In this document: positions 25,838-37,131 of the stretch, one piece after another
How the letters are laid out: each line of letters opens with the position of its first letter
Position numbering within the stretch: position 1 is the first letter of the stretch
DNA from: Azolla caroliniana
Lineage: Eukaryota; Plantae; Polypodiophyta
Length of the DNA: 64,000 bases
Reading direction: 5' to 3'
Assembly (NCBI GenBank): GCA_043228905.1
Contig: JBHGNT010000013.1
Coordinates: 8,556,001-8,620,000, forward strand
Made by a program: the position numbers and the translations under genes
Notes under the pieces: generated by a model
The model's input: the letters and a program-made list of their open reading frames with translations, nothing else
Database searches by the model: none
What the model was told of the DNA's origin: nothing

Positions 25838-28800
25838 TAAATGTACGAGTTACTGGGCTCAAGGAAGGGGCATCTCCTGACGAAGAGGATCCACAAACAT
25901 TAGGGAAAATGTTGGGGTACGAAGAAGCCCTACCAATCACTAAAACTTGGAGGGTAGGACGTGACACGACTAGGAAAAGAGCTTTGGTCCTTCCGTTTAA
26001 AGACTCGAAATCTAGAATCGTATTTTTTAAAAAGAGACCAATTCTTCGAGGATTGGGTGGGGGACCCTATCTACCTTGATGAAGACCTGACCAAGATGCA
26101 AATTGAGCATTGTAAAAACTTGTATGCCGCGAGCCATACAAGCTCGTAAAGAGGGGCGTCGTGCTTTTTACCAAGACGGACGTGTGATAATAAATGATCA
26201 GAGCCCAAATCGAGGACTGCCACGAGTTGATGGTTTTCTTGGGAATCTATCTTTAGACAAACCTCACGTCGACATACTACTAGAGGGTCTAGAGGGGTTG
26301 CGATACTATTTCGAAGGGAGATACAAAATAGGATAGAAATACTAAAGAAAGACCCAAAAGCCCATTTTATGTGGGTGAAAGTCCTCAGTAGCAAGGATCA
26401 GGTGATATTTATCATCGTGTGTTACTTCCCCCTAAAAGGATACCGGTATAATATGGCTAGAGAGGGGAGTATAGTTGATGAAGGAACGCCGCATGGGCCT
26501 TCTCCATACGAACCTTTATCAGATGACATAATCCGATATTCTTCTTAAGGGGAAGTCTTCCTTGTAGGAGATTTCAATGCGAGAACCCAATCCCGACAAT
26601 GCACAATATTTCAGATGGATAGAAACCTCGAAATGATGAATGTCGACCCTTTAGACTTAGACATAACGTGTACATCAAAGGATCAAGGTGCGGATGCCAC
26701 AAGCTTTGGCCATCATCAGCTTGAACTTGGAAGCTAACACCAGATGATCATATATAATGGTTTAGCCAAGTGGCCGGGCTCGGAAGCGCTCACATGTTTC
26801 CCACATGGAGGAGGGGAAAGCACAGTTGATTACCTAATAGGACGCCCTAAAGCTACCCACATGGTTAACTCCTTCCGGGTGGCCCCATGCCCCATTGGTG
26901 CATACCATAGCTTCCTATACTTTGAGCTAAAATGCAACACCTCCCACGCCACCAACTCTAGTCAACCAAACCATCACACCATAATACATTTCACGCATGA
27001 GCTCGTTGACATCTACTCTCGACATGTTCAAGCCCATCTCTCCTCTTGTGATTCTTCCTTGCCTTTAGAGAACCTCACACACACCCTTCACTCGGCAGCA
27101 ATTAGTAGCTTCCCATACACGAAACACTCCAATCATAGTAGAATAGGGTCTATGCCATAGAACAAGTGGTATGACAAGGATTGTAGAGAGTTGTATAGAC
27201 AACTTAAAGTGTCGCGACTTAGTGGTACTATTTCCTCGATACAGGCTCGAAAAGAGATGCGCAAGATGACACATCGTAAAAGACGAGCTTGGGAAGCATC
27301 CCAATATTGGGAACTCTACCATATGCTCATGAGTAGGTATCACCGACTCTTTTTGGGATCTACATTGATGAGATCACTGATTTTATTGCTCGTAAGGGAG
27401 GCAAGGGAGTAGCTATTGGGGATATGCAAGTTAGTCTCTTACTCTACGCAGACGACTCTGCTCTCAAAGTCAGAACACGACCTACAAAAGCATATTAATG
27501 CCCTAGATGACTTTTGTACACAACGAGGACTGGTATTGAATCTGGCGAAAACTAAAGTCCTTATCTTTCATATATCATCCCGAGTTAGGAGTAAATGTCA
27601 CCTAACCCTCTCTCATAAACTAGTTGAGGTAGTTGGATCATATGTATACTTGGAGTCACTTTTAGTGCTCGCTCAAGTAAATTCTCGATGACCCAAGTAG
27701 CCAAAGATAGGCTAACGAGAGGGTATGCATCCCTCTCACTCTTAGAGAGACAATGCCATCAGGCATACTTTCAAGAGCCACGAACTAAGGGATGGCTCTT
27801 CAACTCATTAGTGACCCCTTCCCTCATGTATGCATTAGTCGTATGGGCTCTAGGTCTACCATCTTTCATGTGGACACAATTAGAGAGACCTTTGGTGACA
27901 ATGTTATCACGTCAACTCCGAAGAAAATCGACAATACCACATGACATTATTAGAGCAGAGTTCAGTCTGCCCCCGATGTTAGTACAAGCACTGTTTCAAG
28001 TGGTAACTTTTATTCATCGGATACATAGCCAACCACAAGATAGGATATCCCGTCGAGCCTTTGAGGCATCTCGATCCCTACATGCGTATGGAGACACTAG
28101 CTCTTGGTATAACACTGTGGTGAGTCAGTTACTTGCAAACGGCATAGACATTAATAACCTACCCCCCCTTAAGTACAACCATGGGACTAACCAAACTCTA
28201 ATATCTCATGAAGACCGTAATAGAGTGATACGCCAAGAAATATGGCAAATTTACACTCAATATAAATGGATCACCCCACGAGAGCCACTCCCATCTAAAA
28301 TGTTGTACTATAAGGAACACTTCTTGCACTTCTCTCAGTTAGGTTTTATTACACGACCAAGATATCTAGATACATTCTTATCAAATGCACTAAGGGTTGC
28401 CATTGGACAACTCAGGATATCGTCTCACCAACTTGAGATTGAGAATGGTCGGGCTAATAGAGTCCCTAGGGAGGAAAGGCTATGTAGGTTGTGCCACATA
28501 GAGATAGAGGATGAGTATCACTTCACATCCAAGTGCCCAACTTATGCCGAGATACGAGTGGAATACTAAGACATATTAGGACCCTCTCCCACCCTCTCCA
28601 AACTATTAGATACCCTGGATGTAAAGAGACTAGGTAGGTATATCTTAGAGTTAAAACAACATAGGGAGAATAAATTACAAAGTGTTAACCATAACCCTTT
28701 TCCTATTCATCAACTTGTAACTAGTGTAATTTTTTAGGAACAAGGGGAGACGATGAATGTGGATACACTTACGTTGCTTGGCCTCTCTCTTGAAGAAGCC

Positions 28801-29200
28801 GAAACGCAAAGAACAACCAAACGCCCTCAGATGTTGGGCTTCAAAACAAGTCGACACGGAGTAGAAAGGATTAAGAAGATAAGGGAACGTGAGCTACGTC
28901 GACTAGAAGCTATGGTTGGGGTACCTTTTACATTGGGGCCACGAGCCACATCCACATCGAAACCCTTTGACCTCCCACTTCTTTGCGAGAGACTTGGATG
29001 GAAATGAAATTAGGCTTAGTATAACATCATTTTCATTGTAGAACATGGTTGTTATTTTATTTTACTAGAACTATTTAGCTTAAAACTCTATTTTTATTTT
29101 TATTTTTTACTTTCAATGAATGGGTAAATATCCCATTTTTTGTTGTAAACCATTTGGCTCATGGGCCAATTTTGGCCTTAGAAGACGTTAATATATCTTT
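25838..29200 (+). mobile_element. Degenerate, 5'-truncated non-LTR retrotransposon (RTE-X/L2-like): ORF1 remnant, AP endonuclease, partly deleted RT, C-terminal zinc finger
   Basis: ORF1-like NVRVTGL...WRVG...IYLDEDLT; endonuclease GDFNART and GESTVDYLI; RT LYADD-like and LNLAKTKVLIF; C-terminal QLRISSHQLEIENGR...ERLCRLCHIEIEDEYHF..KCPTY. Many stops. Confidence 0.8.
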
Positions 29201-29924
29201 CTTTCTTCATTTATACATATTGAATATGTGCTTGTGTTGCACGTGTGATTGATTGTAAATAGAACCAACAAGCAACATTTCCACATATACATACATGTGT
29301 GTATGATTACAATTTATGATAATACACAATTCTAATTGTGGATAAGACGACCTCTAATGACTTGACAACTTAGGCAGATCAATCCAATACAAATTGGTTT
29401 CGTTTCATTCAGCCTTTATCTCTTTCATGCTTTAAAACCTTAACGACTCAATGGTTTGGGGGAACTTTTTTTTATAATATATATATTTAATAAATTACGT
29501 GCCATTGTTATGAGGTTTTAGCAAACAAATCTTTTTAAGTTCTGGTTTTCTTTCTTGAAAAGTTTATAAGTAGGTGTACACTTGCCTATAGTTTAACTTG
29601 AGTCAAAACCAACCACTGTAAGGACTAATTGTTTGTAGATCTCTTTGTACCATTTGGTTTGAACTTCAAAAATCCTCAAATGGTTCACTTTAAATGGTTT
29701 TGATTCAAAGCTTCCATGGTTTGATTAAAGTTTTAAAGTTTTAGAACCGTAGTCGCGAAGATACCCATGAGCATGTGAAACATGAGCAAGATCACTCGGG
29801 ATTTGAGTCAAAGAAGATGGGATCGACCGAATTATTGATGTTACAGTGCTCGTGGATGCCAATTTTTCAAGGAGTTGGGTTTATATTTGTCAAAGATTTA
29901 TTCTTTGCGTCACTAACGTGAACC

Positions 29925-31720
29925 TTTTTTTTCCAAAAAAAAAACTTCGTCCATTAGTTATAAAATTTTACAAATGAGATTATTATGTACAAATCCATGT
30001 AGGGATGTGATAGTTCCATCTTATGTGCATGCCCATTGACTCAAGAAAGGGAGAGGACGACCATTGTTGGATGAAGGTTATTCGTTGTCTTTCAACTCCA
30101 TCGGAGCCGCCCTTGAGGCCATCATATTGGCTCTTTAGAGTGGCTACAATTTCACTCCATATCTCTTGCAGTAACATTGTTGGATGCACGGTTTGGTTGG
30201 AGAAGACCCATCTACACCGTTGTTTCCATAGAATCCAAAGAGTTATTGGGCAGACCAATTCCAACACAACTTGAGCTTTGTCAATAAGAGGAGTTGAGTG
30301 GACATTGCCGATGGAGGAGAAAAAAACCTCTTGTGCTTTTATCACCAAAGTCATCCCCTCCTCCTGATGCTCGTATCTACCAACTTGGGTCTGCTATGAT
30401 AGCCAACATATATTTCCCCGCTTGATTGAGCCTTACACCTGGCATAGTTGTAACAATCGACCAACCCCCCACCATATTCAATGGGACGTTGGGCAGTCCC
30501 ACATAGCATGTCGTATTGATTCTACTGCATTTGGGCACTCTACACAATTAGGAGAGCTAAGGTTCCCACATTGTCGTGCTCCCACCGGTAGTGAATTATG
30601 TATTAATAGCCATTGGAACGTGGTAATTCGCCTCGCATGTTGTTGTTCCTAGATTTTTTGCCAAAACTTGGTGACAATTGTGTGAGGAACTTGATATGTG
30701 TGCTAGACCTTTGCAACAACTGGCTCTCGGGCAGTTTGAGTAGCTAGAATGTGGCGACCCAATCTAGTTGTGAATTGGAAGAAAGGGATGGGTTTGCTTC
30801 CTTGCCCCGCATAAGGATCACACCATGTCCATTGCAAAGGGTCCCAACTGACCTTACGTAGTCATGTGTTTTCATGAGTACATATGTGCCAATTGGGTTG
30901 TACTTTGATCAGACCAAGATCTACAATCCATTTATGAACAGTATACGCCAATACTTGAATTGTGTTATTCTGTGTTGGTGTCTCAATGTCTCGCAATTTA
31001 GAGCCTTCAATCATGTCTAGTGTTCCCCTACCTCTCGGGATCAGAGATCCCTCCTCCTCGTAGCCTATCCATTTCTCCATTGTCTTCCTTTGAGTAGCAG
31101 CTTCCCTAATCAATAGAGTGTTAATGATTTCCAATCTCATAGTCCATCCGCCCCTGATTCCATGGAGTATGTTGGCTTGATCTTGTAGTGGCAATGACAT
31201 AAACTGTCTCCAACATTCTATATACTTTTTCCTGGACCTTCTGCAATGTATCCCCATGACAATCCCTTACTTGATCCAAGTAGTTGATGAGATTCATCCT
31301 TGATACTTGAGTTCCATAGGATACATTGATTGAGCCAAGCAGGTCCGGACCTCGGATGATCGCACTTGAGCCCTCGTCTAATGTCACACCATGCCTTCCA
31401 CATGGATGCACTGAATCTATCCTCCAATTGGTGGGAGAAACCAGGTTTGAGATCCATGTTTAGAATCCATCCCGTTTGGGGGGCCCAATTGACCCCTTTT
31501 CGTGGCCTAAAGTAAGCGAAACGTAATCGCTGGAGCATTTTCCAACAGTCATTTCCTAGTTGGAGTCCTCTTGTCGCAAATTTGGCAAGTAAGGCTTTTG
31601 ATTGTGAGAGGGGATCAATAAGACCCAATCCCCCTCTCGACTTAGGTGTTGTGAGTATAGGCCACACCGCCTTGGCGCAAGTTACATGATCTTCCTTACC
31701 AAACCAAATGTAGTTACCTT
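29925..31720 (-). mobile_element. 5'-truncated plant L1-type LINE ORF2 C-terminus
   Basis: WPILTTPKSRGGLGLIDPLSQSKALLAK; zf-RVT-like C..CPNAVESIRHAMWDCP; LWILWKQRCRWVF; short A-tail (T8 on plus) at ~29925-29932. Confidence 0.8.
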
Positions 31721-32549
31721 TGAATGCGGTGACTCGAAGATTCATTTTTCATATATTTCACTCCAAAATTGAGTAACTTCACACCCCATACTCAGAATTC
31801 TAAACCGAAAAAATCCAACAAGATCCTTATTCAATAATGAATACCACTAGATATTATATTTATAAAAGTGATTTTTGTATGGATATTAAAAGGAAAAAAT
31901 TACATCAAATCACAATTTGAATCAGATACAAAATAAACTCAACTTTGTTACATGGGGTGGCTTATAAGGTAAGTAAATAAGATAGAAGAGTATAAGATTT
32001 TTGGGAAGAACTATGGGGGAAGATCCTATAGTTTCGGTACAATATCCCAATAGATGAGCTCTATGTTTCCTCTTGTCATTGTTGGCCTTACATGCTACCT
32101 TGATTCACAAACCCGAGCCCGTTCAAAATTTTGGTAACACTTTTGCCTTGATCCAAAATCCGGCCATTGACAGTAAGCTCTCTTCTTCCTTTTGTAGGCA
32201 TCTAGATCTCTTCATGCAAAAGAAAGAAATATTCTTTTATCATGCACTTTACTTATTTCCCCAAGTCATCTGGTGTGAGCAAAATGCCACTCACCAAGTT
32301 CATCCATTTGCATTTCCTTTGTTCGTCACATTGAAGTCCATGATGCACCTAACGTTTGAGGTTAAAACGTGATGGGCTACCTTGGATAGCCCCCATCTAT
32401 CATCTCCCATATGAAAACGACCATGTCCTTCATCTCCATGAAAATTGAAAATGTACTTGTAATTAATCTCCCTATAAAACAAGATGAACTATGTCCTCCT
32501 CACCTCACACCATCTGCTTCGATTCCCACACCATCTTCACTCAACCTTA

Positions 32550-33400
32550 ATAGTAAACAAAATTATGCTTCATTCGGTCCGCATCAACCATCTCGCCACT
32601 TACTACCAAGGTCCTGTACACATAACAACAAAATGAGTCTAGTGTGATTCTCATCCCCTCATGATATGCTTTAGTCCCCCCCCACCATCATCGCTCCTAA
32701 AAACATACAAGTTGCTTCGTTCAGTCCACATCAACCATCTCGCCGAATACCACCAATGTCCTATGCAAATAACAACAAAATAAGTGAAAAATGATTCCTC
32801 ATCCCCTCATGATCTTCTTCAGCCCTCACACCAACACCACTCATCCTCTCGTCATGACAAACATGCTTCAAACACCATTGCCATCATCCCACAACCTATG
32901 AGAACCATAATATCTTCTTAACTCAGCCCTTATCTAGAGCATCTTGTTGACCCTCTTGCCATCACACCGATTACCGCGATCCTGTATTGATAGCCAAAAA
33001 TGAGTGAAAAAAAAAAATCCTCACCTTCTCATAATAATCTGCTTCAGCCTCCACACCAACATCATTCATCCTGATCACAAAAACAGAAAACCAGCTTCCT
33101 CATGTTCCCATCCACCATCTCGCTATCTTCGATTATCTCAGGATTCCCGCCTATTACTGCTAAAATCCACCAAGGTCCTGTGCAAATAACAAAAAATAAG
33201 TGAAAAATGTTTCCTCATCCTCATCCCCTCATGATCTACGACAACCTTCACACCATCACCACTCATCCTCTTGACATAACAAATATGCTTCAAAACCCAT
33301 CGCCATCATCCCTCAACCTATGAGAACCATAACATCTTCATAAGTCAGCCCACATCTGAAGGAAGCATTTCGCTAACCTTCTTGCCATATCGTTGATTAC
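32550..33400. repeat. Degenerate tandem repeat region (3 partial units)
   Basis: Recurring CATCAACCATCTCGC...CCAAGGTCCTGT..AAATAAC...TTCCTCATCCCCTCATGAT at ~32580, ~32730 and ~33110; two copies of CCATCATCCC.CAACCTATGAGAACCATAA. Confidence 0.7.
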
Positions 33401-34080
33401 CTCAAAAATCCTATACTAACTAATTGTCAGGAATAGTACTAAAACATAGAGAGAATTAGTACTAGAGAAGGGAAGTACTATTAGTACTAAGATGATGGAC
33501 TGCGTAAGACTCACGGTGTCGTGCCTTTCGGCTCCGGATCGTTGCGTGAGTCGGGTGGGAACCGCTGGGGTTTTGGACTAGGAAGAGGAGAGTTTTAAGG
33601 CTAATAAGAATATAAATATGTTGTAAGAAAGAGTTATAGCAAACTCGTGAATCCCACGAGTGTATTGTATTAGATTAATCAATATGAATATAAGAATATA
33701 AACTTCGGTTGAAAGAGAATGATATAGAATTCTCGTGAATCCCACGAGTATAGTTTATTAATTGGTGTTTTTTAGAAACATATCTAGTTTCCAAATATTT
33801 TTCACACACAATTACATTGTGCTCCCCATCCTTATGTAGTGATGAGGAAGTCTTAGTAATCCATGCTTTTTCTCTAACTATAGACCCCATGCTTTTCCTA
33901 TAGATAGACTATATGCTTTATCTAAAGTGATCATGCTTTTTTTCTAACTTGTGCGTTTTTTATCATGCACGCTAGATGTGTATGTGTAGCTTTTTCTTTT
34001 GTTATGCGTTTTTCTAATGTTTATCCTAGCGTGAATTTATCTTTCTATGTGGGACATCTATGCTTTAACACTAATGAAAT

Positions 34081-34150
34081 GCTAGTGTAATGGTAAGACA
34101 TTACATTATTAACATGGAGGTGCAAGGTTCGAATCTTGCCCTATGCATGT
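34081..34150 (+). other. tRNA-like Pol III A/B-box module inside the LTR (second copy ~36872-36941)
   Basis: A box TAGTGTAATGG at 34083-34093; B box GGTTCGAATC at 34126-34135; D-arm GTGT/ACAT and T-arm GCAAG/CTTGC pair; no acceptor stem; followed by T-runs. Confidence 0.7.
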
Positions 34151-34247
34151 TCCATTTATTTTGCTATTTTCTTCTATTTCTTCATTTTTTTATTGAATCT
34201 AATACTATATACGTTTTTCACGTAGTGTACAAAATACACTACGACAC

Positions 34248-36290
34248 TCACCCCCTCCAAACCCGCACATCCTCCGGTATGTGCCGAAGTTGTTGGTGTT
34301 TGTTAGTCTCCTCCGTCCGGTCTCTACCCGATTGGTTTCGTTGCCGGCTCGTAGTACCCTCGACTTCTCTTGTTATGTTGACTTTGTCTCTCCATTTGGA
34401 GCACATCCATTCTTTCCACCCGAACCATTGTCGACATCCGATCCACCATAGTCTTCGTTCGCTTTTTGCATGGCCCGCTTGGTCCTTGTCATCCGCGGTA
34501 GTATCTTTTCTTGCCCTCTTTCTTTTCTTCATCAATCTCGACTTCTTTTCGGATTTTCGGTTTAGTCGGATTAGCTTACTTCCGATTCGGTCTCGTCGGA
34601 TCGTCTTTCGTTTAGTTCGGCTTCCTTTCCGATTTGTATTCGGTCGATCCGGACTCGGTTGATCGGTTTTTACCGATTCAGTGCTCTTTCGGGTCGGTTT
34701 CTTTTCTTTTCTTTTCGTCCGGATTTGCTTTCTTTTCTTCGTTTTCACCTGCCTTGTCCGGTTCGACTTTCGGCACTTCTTTCCGTTGTTCGCTACGTAG
34801 GTCCTCCGATATGTGCTCGTTGTTCGGTCCTCGTGTGGTTGTAATGCATGCTTCTTTTCTCGCCGTAGCGCGTGCTTCTTTATTCGCCATAACACGCGTT
34901 TCTTTATTCGCCGTAGAGCGTGCTCTGTATTACGCGCTTCTCCCGTCGTAGACCCGACCTCCGCATTGTCGCACTTTCTTTTAGATTGGAATTTCGGATG
35001 GATCATTTTCCATCCGAACCGACTTCCAACTTTACCTTCCTCGCCGCCATCTCCCGTCTCTCCGGTCTCACGTTGGTTCTCGGACACAACCGCCGAAGTC
35101 TCTAGATATTGTTGGCATGAATCCTCGGTATTACCTTCTTTCGTAGTTTCACCCTTAGCATTCTTCTCGGCTATCTCTTCATCGTATTCGTCGGCTTCGA
35201 CATTCGTTTTCTCTCCGCCACCTTCCGTCTCTTCGGTCTCACGTTGCCTTTCGATCGCAACCGCCGGAGTCTCTGGAATCAGTGGTGGGGAAGTCTCGAT
35301 ATGGCAATCCGCCATTGATTCGTCCATAGCCACCTCCGATTCGATTTCGTCTTTTGTGGCTACCTCCTTAATCACATCCACTTCACACTCTTTATCTGCA
35401 TCAATTATGCAAACATCTATTATGCTTACCCCTTTTTGACCCGATGTCTCGGGCACTTGTATCCCGAAATTTCCTTCTACACTTGAATTATCGGCCTTAT
35501 CCTTCGCCATCGTTCTTTCACAAGACGAGTGGGTGTCTTGTTCCACTCTTTCTCCCGTGGTACCATCATGTTGTATTTCGGCCTTCATATTGGCTTCATC
35601 GTTTTTCCTCAATCGACCATCCTTCATGGGCCATGTCGTTGTTGACGAGATTCTCAGCTTCCTTTCATCATGTCTTCGGCATACCCTTTCGACTTTGGCC
35701 CAATCCTCGGTAAGGCCGTTCGCACCGTCATCATCTTCGAGTTCGATCCCAATGTCCATCCTTTCTTTCCGATCGATCGATCTTACGAACATTAAGACTT
35801 TATCTTCTCCCACCAATCTTCGTTCCCGCTCCGAGAGTCGAGCAAAACGATGCTCGAACTCTAGGAACGCTTGCGTTGCACTTCGGTGAGTCTTCTCCGA
35901 CGCCACCCATTCGTCGAATTCTCGTCGATCTCGTCCCGTCCATCTCTCATAGTCATATGCCTCCCGTAAAGCTTCTTCAAAGGACTCCCATGTCGAGTTT
36001 TGTTGTTGTATCTTGTGGATTCTCTCTTGTAGTTCGTCCGAGGCCACCCGACTAAAGGATATCACTTGCAATCCTTCCGGTATCCCACATCGTATCATCT
36101 CTGCCTTGTAGTCACGTAGATAGCGTGACACATCCTTTCCATCAAATTGCCCGTTCCGTTGCACGAGCCGTTGTACTACTGTCGTGATCTCCGACATCTC
36201 GCGTTGTTCTTGTAGCATTCTCTCGAACATCATCATCATCATGTTCATCGCCTCTTGTTGATTCTCCATCTCCTTGCCACCCGCCTTCAC
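34248..36290 (-). CDS. Gag-like protein with acidic middle region and very basic tail (up to 680 aa)
   Basis: Uninterrupted ORF. N-terminal FDGKDVSRYLRDYKAEM...TWESFEEALREAY resembles retrotransposon capsid. No protease, RT, RNase H or integrase motifs. Confidence 0.75.
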   Translation of the reverse strand: MKAGGKEMENQQEAMNMMMMMFERMLQEQREMSEITTVVQRLVQRNGQFDGKDVSRYLRDYKAEMIRCGIPEGLQVISFSRVASDELQERIHKIQQQNSTWESFEEALREAYDYERWTGRDRREFDEWVASEKTHRSATQAFLEFEHRFARLSERERRLVGEDKVLMFVRSIDRKERMDIGIELEDDDGANGLTEDWAKVERVCRRHDERKLRISSTTTWPMKDGRLRKNDEANMKAEIQHDGTTGERVEQDTHSSCERTMAKDKADNSSVEGNFGIQVPETSGQKGVSIIDVCIIDADKECEVDVIKEVATKDEIESEVAMDESMADCHIETSPPLIPETPAVAIERQRETEETEGGGEKTNVEADEYDEEIAEKNAKGETTKEGNTEDSCQQYLETSAVVSENQRETGETGDGGEEGKVGSRFGWKMIHPKFQSKRKCDNAEVGSTTGEARNTEHALRRIKKRVLWRIKKHALRREKKHALQPHEDRTTSTYRRTYVANNGKKCRKSNRTRQVKTKKRKQIRTKRKEKKPTRKSTESVKTDQPSPDRPNTNRKGSRTKRKTIRRDRIGSKLIRLNRKSEKKSRLMKKRKRARKDTTADDKDQAGHAKSERRLWWIGCRQWFGWKEWMCSKWRDKVNITREVEGTTSRQRNQSGRDRTEETNKHQQLRHIPEDVRVWRG

Positions 36291-37131
36291 GTCGGGTTCA
36301 CCAACTGTGTCGTGCCTTTCGGCTCCGGATCGTTGCGTGAGTCGGGTGGGAACCGCTGGGGTTTTGGACTAGGAAGAGGAGAGTTTTAAGGCTAATAAGA
36401 ATATAAATATGTTGTAAGAAAGAGTTATAGCAAACTCGTGAATCCCACGAGTGTATTGTATTAGATTAATCAATATGAATATAAGAATATAAACTTCGGT
36501 TGAAAGAGAATGATATAGAATTCTCGTGAATCCCACGAGTATAGTTTATTAATTGGTGTTTTTTAGAAACATATCTAGTTTCCAAATATTTTTCACACAC
36601 AATTACATTGTGCTCCCCATCCTTATGTAGTGATGAGGAAGTCTTAGTAATCCATGCTTTTTCTCTAACTATAGACCCCATGCTTTTCCTATAGATAGAC
36701 TATATGCTTTATCTAAAGTGATCATGCTTTTTTTCTAACTTGTGCGTTTTTTATCATGCACGCTAGATGTGTATGTGTAGCTTTTTCTTTTGTTATGCGT
36801 TTTTCTAATGTTTATCCTAGCGTGAATTTATCTTTCTATGTGGGACATCTATGCTTTAACACTAATGAAATGCTAGTGTAATGGTAAGACATTACATTAT
36901 TAACATGGAGGTGCAAGGTTCGAATCTTGCCCTATGCATGTTCCATTTATTTTGCTATTTTCTTCTATTTCTTCATTTTTTTATTGAATCTAATACTATA
37001 TACGTTTTTCACGTAGTGTACAAAATACACTACGACAACGGGAGAGGAAGAGAGAAAAGGATAAAGAGAGAGATACCGAAGGTGAGAGAGAGAGAGAGAG
37101 AGAGAAGATGATGATCACAGATGATATATTA

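Larger units (their letters stand above)
33517..37037 (-). mobile_element. Complete young non-autonomous (Gag-only) LTR retrotransposon; 730-bp LTRs at 33517-34246 and 36308-37037
   Basis: No LTR differences seen by eye, and the same ORF recurs at a 2791-bp offset. TG...CA ends; 4-bp TSD ACGG; PBS at 36286-36303 complementary to the plant tRNA-Trp 3' end; PPT GGAGGGGGTGAG at 34247-34258. Confidence 0.95.
33425..37131 (-). mobile_element. LTR of the 1610-2062 family in reverse orientation, split by later insertions (pieces 33425-33516 and 37038-37131)
   Basis: The joined flanks match the reverse complement of ~1880-2062 (TGTCAGGAATAGTACT...GTAAGACTCACG|GAGAGGAAGAGAG...GATGATATATTA). Confidence 0.8.

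Noticed and set aside
34081-34150. Functional tRNA gene
   Set aside because: No acceptor-stem pairing or credible anticodon arm, and it is part of an LTR.
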